From positions 1 through 64,000 of the forward strand of contig NIVC01003159.1 in NCBI GenBank assembly GCA_002269645.1: a DNA stretch of 64,000 bases. Reading direction: 5' to 3'. The notes under the pieces are model-generated. The model did no database searches, had not been told where the DNA came from, and worked only from the letters and a program-made list of their open reading frames with translations. This stretch comes from Macrostomum lignano (Eukaryota). Positions 11,329 to 25,114 of the stretch are shown here, in pieces. How positions within the stretch are numbered: position 1 is the stretch's first letter; every line of letters begins with the position of its first letter. A program made the translations under genes and the position numbers.

Positions 11329-13683
11329 ATGTCTGGAGCAACCTCGATCATCTTGTTCTCTGTAACAGACAAATCTCGGGCAAGAGTCTCGCGCCAAGTA
11401 CGCCATGAACCAGACCAAACTCTGCAATCATTTTGTTTCTTTTGTCTTCTTCTTTTATTAATTGCCATTGCGCTGTTTGCTTTTGCAGCCTCTTGGACCT
11501 CATTTTCAATTTCGTTTGCAACTTGATGATGAATTCTGCTTCTGGAGGTCGGGGGTTTACTTGTTCAAGATCTCCCTGCTTTATTTCTTATCTTCTTGCG
11601 TCTTCTATTCTTTTAGAAGAAAAGAAAGGTTTTGCACCTGCTGCAGCAGCTTCTAATGTAACATGCGCTTTTAACCTAAGCTGCTTTTCTTGAATAAATT
11701 GTTAATCTGCAATAGATAGTGCGATTGCTCACTTAAACCTCCTGTCCATAGTTGCATAAAAGAGTTTATTAATTATGTGCATGCACCGCGGTTGCCGCCT
11801 AATTAGAAATGTGATTGTATTATTTATCCGTGACAAAAAGTCAGCAAAGAAATATAAATGTGTTGATATATTATTTATGATAATTATTATTTATCTACTA
11901 TACTGAATCTCCTCTTGACACTGTTTATGCCTCCGACTTATCCTAATTGTGACAGCCTCCGTGATGCTTGAGTTTCACCCATTGATTGGGCAGCTTATGT
12001 CCGGTGCTTCACCTCTCATGCAGTGCAATGGGAGCTGATGAAGCCACTGTGTTTTGCATCCCCACCCGCTCAGTCTGTGTGCCTCTGCCTTCTTTGTGGT
12101 TTGGAGCTCACCTCTAACTGAAGCCATTCCTGTCTGCAGCACGTTCCTTGTGCTGTCTGTGCTGTCTGTGTCTGTCTGTGTTACTGTCTGTGTGTTTACT
12201 TGGACCTTACGTCGGTTCAGTTGCCGCATTAGCTGGACCTTTCGGTTTAGGTGGACCACCGAATATTTTTGCTCCAGACAACGTTGAGTGGTTTATAAGG
12301 ACCACAAAACAGAGCAATGGATGTCAGGAATGAGTGCCGCAAAGCGCAACATTCATCGGCATTCATGTTCAGAAAAAAATGCATTTCAGTTTACATGGAC
12401 TTTTTGCGATGTCCACCTAAAACGGGTCTAAAAGGTCCAGCTAAACAAAAATTGTCAATGAAAATTTCTGAATTTGTCTGTTGCAGTCTGTTTCAGTCTG
12501 TTGGCAATTTACCTTTTTACAACATCTTTTACGCCAAAAAAGTAATATATTTAATTTCCGTGATCTTAAATTAGGCACACACGGCTTTGTTGAGCTTTCT
12601 TCAAAGCCTTCCCACGGTTTTGTGCCCGAAAACTATTCCCATGACGGTTCCTTTGTCGCGTTAGTTGCTGATAGTAGTTTAAATGGATATTGTATCCTAT
12701 AGGCCTATCGACTTTCCTTCTTTTAGATTCCTTTTGATATTTGATATTTATAAAAGTGTTGAACCACAATAAGAAATGATCCTGGTGGAGAGTTTCGGCC
12801 TTGAGAAGAAGGTTCTGCTCTCAAAGCCCTGTTTAGGGGTGGGGAAGCACCAAACCAAGCTCAAAGCGAAGGTCTGATATTTTTTATTTTAGTTTAGCCT
12901 GGGTCCCACTAAACACAGTTGCACGCACATCAAATCGTCTGTTGAGGTCCATGTAAACGAAACTCGAAGCGCACAACACAGTCACACAGACTAGAGCTGC
13001 ATTGGTTAAGGACTTATTTCGGAGAGGTTGGTAAAAATCGGACCACCCCTACTGGGAATGCCAGCCAATAGGAGCAGTCCTAGGGACAGACAGTCCGTCA
13101 ACTAAACGATTCAGAGAGAGGCAGAGTTTTAAAAGTGAAAACCCTTGGTCTAGCTAAAACAGGCTTGCATGGACCACCTAATTTCGCATCTCGGATAGAC
13201 TGAAACATTCAACTAAACTGTCAATAGTCAATACACTAGGATACAGGAATGTCTCGCAGGAGAAAACCCAATAAGACAGAGTCCCGGAGAAGTGCAACGG
13301 TAACAGATGTTACATCAAGTGGACTGGATACCTAAGGTAAGAATAAAAAAGATTTGATTGAAAAGACTAACTTCCTCGCGTTCAATTCTTTAGTAGAACT
13401 AAGCCAAGGAAAAACTGTGTAATAAAACAATACACGACTTTTAGATCTAACAGTACTTGGGAGCCAGTGAAAACTTTTTAAAAACTTTTTAAAAAGTTTT
13501 CGAAAAATTGCATTCGACTTTTGCAGTTAGTACCAAAACGAACTGTTATTTGGAATGAAAAAATGATAAACTTTAGTAAAGAACCTCAACAAGAACTTAC
13601 TCAATCGAAATTTCAGAAGTTGTTTTCCTGCCAGACCAAATAGCAAAATCTAACAGGTAAGCAAATCGGTGCACATACAACTT

Positions 13684-15120
13684 TAGCTGGTCCAGCTAAC
13701 CTACAGACTGCACTGACGCAACTGAGCCAGTCTGTTTAGGAGCCTCACAGATATTCAAGTTTAGGTGGTCCAGCTAAACTACAGACTGTACTGACGCCAC
13801 TGAGCCAGTCTGTTTAGGAGCTTCACAGATGGAGGTGGAATTCAAGTTTAGGTGGTCCAGCTAACCTACAGACTGCACTGACGCCACTGAGCCAGTCTGT
13901 TTAGGAACCTCACAGATGGGAGGCGGAATTCAAGTCCAGGAGGTCCAGCTAACCTACAGACTGTACTGACGCCACTGAGCCAGTCTGTTTCAAAGTCTCA
14001 GTAGGAATTCAGTTGTAAATTCTCAATCCTGAATTCTCGTATAAATGTCAAATTTGACAGGCCCAGTCTGGAGATGGCAAGTCAGCATTGATGCAGACGA
14101 GTGACGCAAGCAACTCTGGCAAGATGTCGACCAAGACTTTAAAGGCCAAGAGCCATTGAATCGATTATAGGCTGACATTTCACGTCTGGACACCTCTAAA
14201 AAGTTTGCTGAGGCACCTGAGACGCTGTTCAGTCTGGTGGACAGACGTGTTGCCTCATCTCAGTTCAGTCATCGGACGAGATTGAATCTACTGTGGTGAG
14301 CTTGCTGCAAAAGTGTTCAGCTTTGGCTTATCCTATTCTAATTGAACTGGTCCAGCTAACCTACAGACTGTACTGACGCCACTGGGCCCGTCTGTTTAGG
14401 AGCCTCACAGATGGAGGTAGAATTCAAGTTTAGGTGGTCCAGCTAACCTACAGACTGCACTGACGCAACTGAGCCAGTCTGTTTAGGAGCCTCACAGATG
14501 GAGGTAGAATTCAAGTTTAGGTGGTCCAGCTAACCTACAGACTGCACTGACGCCACTGAGCCCGTCTGTTTAGGAGCCTCACAGATGGAGGTGGAATTCA
14601 AGTTTAGGTGGTCCAGCTAACGTACAGACTGCACTGACGCCACTGAGCCAGTCTGTTTAGGAGCCTCACAGATGGAGGTGGAATTCAAGTTTAGGTGGTC
14701 CAGCTAACGTACAGACTGCACTGACGCCACTGAGCCAGTCTGTTTAGGAGCCTCACAGATGGAGGTGGAATTCAAGTTTAGGTGGTCCAGCTAACGTACA
14801 GACTGCACTGACGCAACTGAGCCAGTCTGTTTAGGAGCCTCACAGATATTCAAGTTTAGGTGGTCCAGCTAACGTACAGACTGTACTGACGCAACTGAGC
14901 CCGTCTGTTTAGGAGCCTCACAGATATTCAAGTTTAGGTGGTCCAGCTAAACTACAGACTGCACAGACGCCACTGAGCCAGTCTGTTTCAAAGTCTCAGT
15001 AGGATATCAGCTGTAAATTCTCAATCCTGAATTCTCGTATAAATGTCAAATTTGACAGGCCCAGTCTGGAGATGGCAAGTCAGCTTTGATGCAGACGAGT
15101 GACGCAAGCAACTCTGGCAA
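13684..15120. repeat. Two arrays of 87/77-bp units, each followed by the same ~130-bp tail
   Basis: Period of 87 seen at AATTCAAG starts 14421, 14508, 14595, 14682, 14769. Array 1 is ~13684-13990 and array 2 is ~14345-14990. The tail CAAAGTCTCAGTAGG...CAACTCTGGCAA occurs at ~13990-14120 and ~14990-15120. Confidence 0.9.
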
Positions 15121-15933
15121 AATGAAGACGAGTTCTTTGTGCTCAACCGTAAAAGTTTGTTTAGGATGGTATTGACTGCGACAGCGCTTGACTTTCTGAG
15201 AGATGATTCCGCTATCCGTCCTAACATGTCCTGTTCGTCCGTTAAAAATTTTTTTGTTTTTTTGTTTTTCCACACAAAAAATTGTGTGGAAAGTTGTTGT
15301 ATAAATACGTAAAATTTATTAAGCAAATGTATTGATTAGGCATATCATCGTCAATCTACTTTGCTTTTTTGGCACATTTTCGAGACGTTAAGTGTGTTTC
15401 TTTAAGTTTATCATTATTCTAATGCACTACAAATACTGCTATTTAAACTTTTGCTTGGCCGTTAATTTGCAGTTCTTACTATTTTCCACGGCCTAAAAAT
15501 TAGTTGCATTTGATTCATTTGTTTTTTATGGGGATGATCGGTTCTTGAGTCCGGCGCAAAGTAGAACTGAATGCATTATTTTTACTTTATTACATATTGT
15601 GTATTTGGGACTTCTGTCACGTGACTTTTAGTGTTGTTTCTCGTGCTTAACAGTACTGGGTCGATAATAATCCCAGTACTCTGCTAAATAAATGATGGTC
15701 CACCTAAACGGTGTCTTTTTGGAGGTCCACCTAAAACAGGTCCGGGCTGGTCCAGCTATCCCAGTTAAAAGTGACATGCAGTTTCCACGAGATGGCTAAT
15801 CTGCAGGCTTAACTGAAAGACAACCCACGCTAACTTTTCCTGTAGACACAAAAGACACCGGTTTTATAGCGAAACTAGGTGGTCCACCTAATGCATTAAC
15901 CAAACTCTGGTCCCGCTAAACACACAGACAGCG

Positions 15934-16335
<402 letters not shown>

Positions 16336-16482
16336 ATCCGTCCACCCAAGGCCGAAATATCGGTTCAGTACATTTACGCTCGTATATTTTTTGTAACGGC
16401 TGTGACGTTTACCTTGAGACTAGAGCTGCCACTGTGTGAGTGGTCTTTTCAAACGTTTATCTATCTGTCTAATACGAGCGTA

Positions 16483-16577
<95 letters not shown>

Positions 16578-16595
16578 AATCTATCCATCTATCTA
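16483..16595. repeat. (TATC)n microsatellite
   Basis: Visible directly in the sequence. Confidence 0.97.
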
Positions 16596-17144
16596 CTAAT
16601 GTGCCTCTGCCCCAGATGCAGTTGCACCGCAAGCCTAAACTCCCTTCAGCTGACCAGCTCACAGGAGCAGCCCAGCTTAGCAACTGATTACCTCGGCATC
16701 AGTTTTGTCAGAACAGCCAGCTGAGGCCCCACTCGGGGGCAGCCAGCGCTCTCGCTGCAGTTCCACTGGGAGAATTAATTGACTTTCTAATCTCACGGCA
16801 GTCTCCCGTACGCGGGGGCCCGAGCCACCTTTTCCGGGGTGCAGGAAATTCCTGGAATTGTGTGGGGATATTTGCTTTCCCCACACGGCCGGGCTGGTGA
16901 GGAGGCGTGGCGAGAATTTTACTGCATGCGTGCTTTTGGCTTGTCGGTCTCTCGCATAGTCTTGACCTGAACTTGCGCTGGGCTCACACAAACTGGCACG
17001 TGTTCCTCTGTGAGCTCGAGTAAGTGTATATGTTTTAGGTCTGCAATTTCTCGCAGCCAGGCAGGTACGTGCGGGGGTATTCTTTGATCGTGAACTGTGG
17101 GGTTTTTGTCGGTTGTAGATTGACTTCATGTTGGTTAAGGATGA

Positions 17145-18260
17145 TGCTAGATTAGAGAGGCTACATTAGAGATTCTAGATTAGATCTGCTAGATTAAAAA
17201 TGCCATATTAGAGATTCTAGATTAGATCTGCTAAATTAAAAATGCCATATTAGAGATTCTAGATTAGATCTGCTAGATTAGAATGGCCACATTAGAAATT
17301 CTAGATTAGATCTGCTAGATTAGAAAGGCAATATTGGAGATTCTAGATTAGATCTGCTAGATTAGAAAGGCAATATTGGAGATTCTAGATTAGATCTGCT
17401 AGATTAAAAATGCCATATTAGAGATTCTAGATTAGATCTGCTAGATTAGAAAGGCAATATTGGAGATTCTAGATTAGATCTGCTAGATTAAAAATGCCAT
17501 ATTAGAGATTCTAGATTAGATCTGCTAGATTAGAAAGACAATATTGGAGATTCTAGATTAGATCTGCTAGATTAGAAAAGCAATATTGGAGATTCTAGAT
17601 TAGATCTGCTAGATTAGAAAGGCAATATTGGAGATTCTAGATTAGATCTGCTAGATTAGAAAGGCAATATTGGAGATTCTAGATTAGATCTGCTAGATTA
17701 AAAAGGCCACATTAGAAATTCTAGATTAGATCTGCTAGATTAGAAAGGCAATATTGGAGATTCTAGATTAGATCTGCTAGATTAGAAAGGCAATATTGGA
17801 GATTCTAGATTAGATCTGCTAGATTAAAAATGCCATATTAGAGATTCTAGATTAGATCTGCTAGATTAGAAAGGCCACATTAGAGATTCTAGATCAGATC
17901 TGCTAGATTAGAAAGGCAATATTGGATATTCTAGATTAGATCTGCTAGATTAGAAAGGCAATATTGGAGATTCTAGATCAGATCTGCTAGATTAGAAAGG
18001 CAATATTGGATATTCTAGATTAGATCTGCTAGATTAGAAAGGCAATATTGGAGATTCTAGATCAGATCTGCTAGATTAGAAAGGCAATATTGGAGATTCT
18101 AGATTAGATCTGCTAGATTAGAAAGGCAATATTAGAGATTCTAGATTAGATCTGCTAGATTAGAAAGGCAATATTAGAGATTCTAGATTAGATCTGCTAG
18201 GTTAGAAATGCTACATTAGAGATGCTAGATTAGATCTGCTAGATTGGAGATTCTAGAATT
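17145..18260. repeat. 42-bp minisatellite (ATTGGAGATTCTAGATTAGATCTGCTAGATTAGAAAGGCAAT)n
   Basis: Period of 42 (e.g. 17341 to 17383); about 26 copies. Confidence 0.95.
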
Positions 18261-18927
18261 GAGATGGTATATTAGAGATGCTAGATTAGAGATTGGGTGT
18301 GCTAGATTAGATCTGGTAAGATCAGAAGTAGAAGACCTTAGATTGGAACTCGTAGCTGCTAGCAAGCTGGTTCACAGGGGCTATTAAGGCTCAGCTTCTT
18401 CCACTAATTATAGAAACTCAAGTTTGAACTTTCACCCAGCTGTCCGATTGTCCGTGTCTGATCGCATCTTTTATGTCCTATTTGTTCTTTCAAGTCCTAG
18501 GAAGAGGATGAGCAGACAAAGGGAAGCCGCCTTGATAAAAGTACGCGTTTAGTTGTAACTCAGTCACACAGCCAGTGCAATTTGCCTTTGCTCAAATTGT
18601 TCCACATTGAACCTGAGCACATATATAGCTCTCAATTGAAAAGGAGATACACGTAGGGGATTCAAAATTGAGATCCCGCCTCGCATAGTAACTGTACTCA
18701 CAGGGACTTCCTAACAGCCGTCTTTCTCTCTTTGAATTCGAAAATCACTTAACTCTGTGAATTTGCTCCACCCTTGCCTTGTGTTCCACTAGTATTTTAT
18801 AGCTTTCTATGTTGAACAATTTGCACTTATAATTGCCGACGTGGGGCCAGGAGTCTCAAAGCATTTTGCTCACCATGCTGCTGTGTGGACTTTATTGCGT
18901 GCGGTGCAATAATACTTCAACTACAGT

Positions 18928-20685
18928 CAGCTGTGAGGTGTGTCAGCTGTGAGGTGTGTCAGCTGTGAGGTGTGCCAGCTGTGAGGTGTGTCAGCTGTGA
19001 GGTGTGTCAGCTGTGAGGTGTGCCAGCTGTGAGGTGTGCCAGCTGTGAGGTGTGCCAGCTGTGAGGTGTACCAGCTGTGAGGTGTGCCAGCTGTGAGGTG
19101 TACCAGCTGTGAGGTGTACCAGCTGTGAGGTGTACCAGCTGTGAGATGTACCAGCTGTGAGGTGTGTCAGCTGTGAGGTGTGTCAGCTGTGAGGTGTGTC
19201 AGCTGTGAGGTGTACCAGCTGTGAGGTGTACCAGCTGTGAGATGTACCAGCTGTGAGGTGTGTCAGCTGTGAGGTGTACCAGCTGTGAGGTGTACCAGCT
19301 GTGAGGTGTGCCAGCTGTGAGGTGTGTCAGCTGTGAGGTGTACCAGCTGTGAGGTGTACCAGCTGTGAGGTGTACCAGCTGTGAGGTGTACCAGCTGTGA
19401 GATGTACCAGCTGTGAGGTGTGTCAGCTGTGAGGTGTGTCAGCTGTGAGGTGTGTCAGCTGTGAGGTGTACCAGCTGTGAGGTGTTCCAGCTGTGAGATG
19501 TACCAGCTGTGAGGTGTGTCAGCTGTGAGGTGTACCAGCTGTGAGGTGTACCAGCTGTGAGGTGTGCCAGCTGTGAGGTGTGCCAGCTGTGAGGTGTGCC
19601 AGCTGTGAGGTGTACCAGCTGTGAGGTGTACCAGCTGTGAGGTGTGTCAGCTGTGAGGTGTGTCAGCTATGAGGTGTGCCAGCTGTGGGGTGTACCAGCT
19701 GTGAGGTGTACCAGCTGTGAGGTGTACCAGCTGTGAGGTGTACCAGCTGTGAGGTGTACCAGCTGTGAGGTGTACCAGCTGTGAGGTGTACCAGCTGTGA
19801 GGTGTACCAGCTGTGAGGTGTGCCAGCTGTGAGGTGTACCAGCTGTGAGGTGTACCAGCTGTGAGGTGTACCAGCTGTGAGGTGTACCAGCTGTGAGGTG
19901 TGCCAGCTGTGAGGTGTACCAGCTGTGAGGTGTGTCAGCTGTGAGGTGTACCAGCTGTGAGGTGTACCAGCTGTGAGGTGTGTCAGCTGTGAGGTGTGCC
20001 AGCTGTGAGGTGTACCAGCTGTGAGGTGTACCAGCTGTGAGGTGTACCAGCTGTGAGGTGTACCAGCTGTGAGGTGTACCAGCTGTGAGGTGTACCAGCT
20101 GTGAGGTGTGCCAGCTGTGAGGTGTACCAGCTGTGAGGTGTACCAGCTGTGAGGTGTACCAGCTGTGAGGTGTACCAGCTGTGAGGTGTGCCAGCTGTGA
20201 GGTGTACCAGCTGTGAGGTGTGTCAGCTGTGAGGTGTACCAGCTGTGAGGTGTACCAGCTGTGAGGTGTACCAGCTGTGAGGTGTGCCAGCTGTGAGGTG
20301 TACCAGCTGTGAGGTGTGTCAGCTGTGAGGTGTACCAGCTGTGAGGTGTGTCAGCTGTGAGGTGTACCAGCTGTGAGGTGTACCAGCTGTGAGGTGTGTC
20401 AGCTGTGAGGTGTACCAGCTGTGAGGTGTACCAGCTGTGAGGTGTGTCAGCTGTGAGGTGTGTCAGCTATGAGGTGTGCCAGCTGTGAGGTGTACCAGCT
20501 GTGAGGTGTGTCAGCTGTGAGGTGTGTCAGCTATGAGGTGTGCCAGCTGTGAGGTGTGCCAGCTGTGAGGTGTGTCAGCTGTGAGGTGTGTCAGCTATGA
20601 GGTGTGCCAGCTGTGAGGTGTACCAGCTGTGAGGTGTACCAGCTGTGAGGTGTGTCAGCTGTGAGGTGTGCCAGCTGTGAGGTGT
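18928..20685. repeat. 16-bp minisatellite (CAGCTGTGAGGTGTAC)n
   Basis: About 110 copies; variation is mostly confined to the last bases of the unit (TAC/TGT/TGC). Confidence 0.97.
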
Positions 20686-21409
20686 AACAGCGCATGCGAT
20701 TCTAAGGTAAATTATGATTTTGCGTCTTCTGGAACTCGCAGTCAGTCAGTTTGAAATCATTGTTTACAGAGTCCGCGATTTAAAGCCTCCATACTTTTTC
20801 AGAACCCTTGCATGCATTTCACAAGCCAGCGCCAGCAAGTTGTTCACTCCAAGATGGCTAATTTTAGAACTCCATGCATTATAGTGAGTGCATGAGCTCA
20901 ACACTGGGCCAGGGGTTCCCTGTGCCGAGCAGGGGGGGGCTCCATCAGCAATTGAGGACTGAGGAATCCAGCTAATGGCTCCCCCCCCTCGTGCTCTTCT
21001 CCGATTCCCGAAGCGGCCGGAGCCGAACGAGAAATTGATTTCCACTTTCTCTCTGTGGAGCGCGCTGATTCCCAGAGCCAGACTGTGGCTTGTTCTGTGC
21101 AGCCACATGTTCTGAGTTCTGAGCCATTCCCCCACACCGTGTGCCTCCCGCTGTTCTTCCCGGGCATTTGAGCCAACAAGCCGCGGCTGCTATTAAGAGT
21201 GAAATAATCCCACACAGAAGCTGCAGCTTATCCCTGGCCTGCGGATTGGTTTGCTTATTGAAAAGGTTTTCAATATCCGCATTGGCGGGGATTAAGATGA
21301 GCTCTGTAAAAATGAAAGCGATGGCCATGTATGTCTTTGTAGGGCAGGGGTCGGCTAAATATTTTAACTTAAGGGCCAGGTAGAGAATCCTGCTCAAGAT
21401 TGCTGGCTA

Positions 21410-23290
21410 GAGAAAGGAGAGTGGAGAGAGGAGAGGAGTTGAGAGCGGAGAGGGGAAGGAAGAGGAGGGAGAGGAGGGGAGAGAGGGAAGAGAATGGGAG
21501 AGAGGATAGGAGAAGAGAGAGATGGGAGAGGAGGGGAGAGATGGGAGAGGAGAGGAGAGATGGGAGAGGAGGGGAGAGATGGGAGAGGAGGGGAGAGATG
21601 AGAGAGAAGGGGAAGAGAATAGGGGAAGAGAGAGATGGGAGAAGAGGGGAGAGATGAGAGAGAAGGGGAGAGATGGAAGAGAAGGGGAGAGAGGATAGGA
21701 GAAGAGAGAGATGGGAGAGGAGGGGAGAGATGAGAGAGAAGGGGAGAGATGAGAGAGAAGGGGAAGAGAATAGGGGAAGAGAGAGATGGGAGAAGAGGGG
21801 AGAGATGAGAGAGAAGGGGAGAGATGGAAGAGAAGGGGAGAGAGGATAGGAGAAGAGAGAGATGGGAGAGGAGGGGAGAGATGGGAGAGGAGAGGAGAGA
21901 TGGGAGAGGAGGGGAGAGATGGGAGAGGAGGGGAGAGATGAGAGAGAAGGGGAAGAGAATAGGGGAAGAGAGAGATGGGAGAAGAGGGGAGAGATGAGAG
22001 AGAAGGGGAGAGATGGAAGAGAAGGGGAGAGAGGATAGGAGAAGAGAGAGATGGGAGAGGAGGGGAGAGATGAGAGAGAAGGGGAGAGATGAGAGAGAAG
22101 GGGAAGAGAATAGGGGAAGAGAGAGATGGGAGAAGAGGGGAGAGATGAGAGAGGAGGGAGAAATGGGAGAGGAGGGGAGAGATGGGAGAGGAGGGGAGAG
22201 ATGAGAGAGAAGGGGAAGAGAATAGGGGAAGAGAGAGATAGGAGAAGAGGGGAGAGATGAGAGAGGAGGGAGAAATGGGAGAGAAGGGGAGAGAGGATAG
22301 GAGAAGAGAGAGAGATGGGAGAGGAGGGGAGAGATGAGAGAGAAGGGGAGAGATGGAAGAGAAGGGGAGAGAGGATAGGAGAAGAGAGAGATGGGAGAGG
22401 AGGGGAGAGATGGGAGAGGAGGGAGAAATGGGAGAGGAGGGGAGAGATGGGAGAGGAGGGGAGAGATGGGAGAGGAGGGGATAGAGGATAGGGGAAGAGA
22501 GAGATGGAGAAGAGGTGAGAGGAATGAAGAGGTGGGAGAGGAGGGGAGAGAGGATAGGAGAAGAGAGAGATGGGAGAGGAGGGGAGAGATGGAAGAGGAG
22601 GGGAGAGATGGGAGAGGAGAGAGAGATGGAAGAGGAGGGGAGAGATGGGAGAGGAGGGGAGAGAGGATAGGAGAAGAGAGAGATGGGAGAGGAGGGGAGA
22701 GATGGGAGAGGAGGGGAGAGATGGGAGAGGAGAGAGAGATGGAAGAGGAGGGGAGAGATGGGAGAGGAGGGGAGAGATGGGAGAGGAGGGAGAAATGGGA
22801 GAGGAGGGGAGAGATGGGAGAGGAGGGGAGAGAGGATAGGAGAAGAGAGAGATGGGAGAGGAGGGGAGAGATGGGAGAGGAGGGGAGAGATGGGAGAGGA
22901 GAGAGAGATGGAAGAGGAGGGGAGAGATGGGAGAGGAGGGGAGAGATGGGAGAGGAGGGAGAAATGGGAGAGGAGGGGAGAGATGGGAGAGGAGGGAGAG
23001 ATGGGAGAGGAGAGAGAAATGGGAGAGGAGGGGAGAGATGGGAGAGGAGGGAGAAATGGGAGAGGAGGGGAGAGATGGGAGAGGAGGGGAGAGATGGGAG
23101 AGGAGAGAGAGATGGGAGAGGAGGGGAGAGATGGGAGAGGAGGGGAGAGATGGGAGAGGAGGGAGAAATGGGAGAGGAGGGGAGAGATGGGAGAGGAGGG
23201 GAGAGATGGGAGAGGAGGGAGAAATGGGAGAGGAGGGGAGAGATGGGAGAGGAGGGGAGAGATGGGAGAGGAGGGGAGAGAGGGGAGATA
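21410..23290. repeat. Polypurine (GA-rich) low-complexity tract with higher-order repeats
   Basis: GGAGAGGAGGGGAGAGATG-type units; no C seen on the + strand from 21447 to 23302. Confidence 0.95.
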
Positions 23291-24532
23291 AAAAAAAAGA
23301 GACTGATAAGAGACGCAAACCCTGAGGCGGATTGCTATTGTGAAGTTTCAAAGAACCCGAGGGCCGAAAAGAGACGCTTCGCGGGCCGCCGGTGGGAATC
23401 CCAACCCCTGTTGTAGGGTTTCGCAACTTATCAAAGCAGACTGGAAGCAAATTAAATCAGTTTTAATTGAAATTAATTAAAGTTTCTCAATCAAGGAGGC
23501 TTCCTACTCCTTGATCTTCTTCAACCCCGAGCTGTGATCTCAGAGGAAAAATTCCCCGAAAGTTACTAAATTTCGAGTACCAAAACTAGAAAACTCTTTA
23601 ATCTAGGCAGTTTAAAACAAAAATGTTGTGCTCTTTTTAAAAAACATATTTGTCCTAAAAGTTGTAGAATTGAAAACCGATTTGAAATTGCGCGCAAAAC
23701 TCAACAACAGAAAAGTTGTCTCCACTCCACAAGCAGACTGAGAACTTTTGTCCAGTCACATCCGCTGTGCGGCCAGGCCTCATTAGCCTGTCAATTATTG
23801 AGATCAGGAGGGACTGGAAGAGATTCGACTGCAGCAGCCCCCCCCCAAAGACGCTGCAGGATGCAAAGCTTGATGAAGCGGACCTCGTGGGTGCAGGCCA
23901 AGTCGGCCCGGACTTTGGGGGATTCGCCGTGCGTGCAGTACGCGCGCGAAAGGGGGCACCCGAGGCACCCGCGGGCTCAAGTACCCGGCAGCGCAGGCAA
24001 TTAAATCCCATAATTCGGAGGTTCGCGGCTTAAATCCCAAAGCCGATCCCGGCATCCCCTCCATGGATTACAAACACGCGGCGAGAGTGTCTGCGCGTGT
24101 GTCGGAATCTGTAACTGCGTGAAGCCGGGACCCCACATGACTGGCGCTGGCCCCTCACTCCCTGGGAGGGCGGACAGGGAGAGGATGAGATGAAGCGTTC
24201 AGTGAAGCGACTTGAGTTGTGCCAGTAACTCGAGCTGACAGCCCCCTCCTGCCCACCCTCTCTCTCTCCATTCTACCCACCCGCCTGCTCGCTGGTTTTT
24301 TATGCTGAACTTTATCGCGAAGCGGACACGCTCAGAATGTCCCCGCCAGGGCCCGAAGGGAAAGCGGGATTGTGTTCTGCCGGCTGGAGGGGAAAGCGTG
24401 GAATGCCCGATGAAAGTCCAGAGAGAGGTCGACCCGTCTGCCAATCAGAGATGGGACACGCAACATGAAAATTCTAAATTTTGGTCAAATAGTTTTTGTT
24501 CGGAAATTAAATGTGGACAAACATATTGAAGC

Positions 24533-24755
24533 CATGCTGGCGCCCCTGGTGCTGGCGCCCCTGGTGCTGGCGCCCCTGGTGCTGGCGCCCCTGGTGCTGG
24601 CGCCCCTGGTGCTGGCGCCCCTGGTGCTGGCGCCCTGGTGCTGGCGCCCCTGGTGCTGGCGCCCCTGGTGCTGGCGCCCCTGGTGCTGGCGCCCCTGGTG
24701 CTGGCGCCCCTGGTGCTGGCGCCCTGGTGCTGGCGCCCCTGGTGCTGGCGCCCCT
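24533..24755. repeat. 15-bp minisatellite (TGCTGGCGCCCCTGG)n
   Basis: About 15 copies, two of them with a 1-nt deletion. Confidence 0.95.
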
Positions 24756-25114
24756 GACACTTCTCAAAGATGCGTCTCACCCCAATGCAAAATCCTGGCT
24801 GCTCTCCCTGCTCTTACTGCGATCCGCCTCCTGACCGGCTGCAAAAATTCTTATCGATATTTAGCGACAGTGACGAAGCGACAGTGACGAAATTTCTGTC
24901 AAAAGGTTTCTGGTCTAAAAGAGAATTTTCATTCAAAAAAGTACACTTAAAGTTTTAGAGTGTACATTCAGAGCCGCATAGTGCAAGTAGTATGGACAGT
25001 AAAATAGCTCCACGTTTTGTCATAAAAAAGGAAAAGAAAATTCCAGCAAATTAGAATCCGACCATCACGGACAAAACGTTTAGCCGAGCAATAGTACGAT
25101 CGAGCAAAAAAAGA

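Noticed and set aside
20764-21397. Minus-strand ORFs with a hydrophobic stretch (possible membrane protein)
   Set aside because: No recognisable motif, no convincing splice structure, and several similar overlapping frames.
21369-23450. 693-aa Ser/Pro/Leu ORF and antisense Arg/Gly/Glu ORFs
   Set aside because: Artefact of the C-free purine tract.
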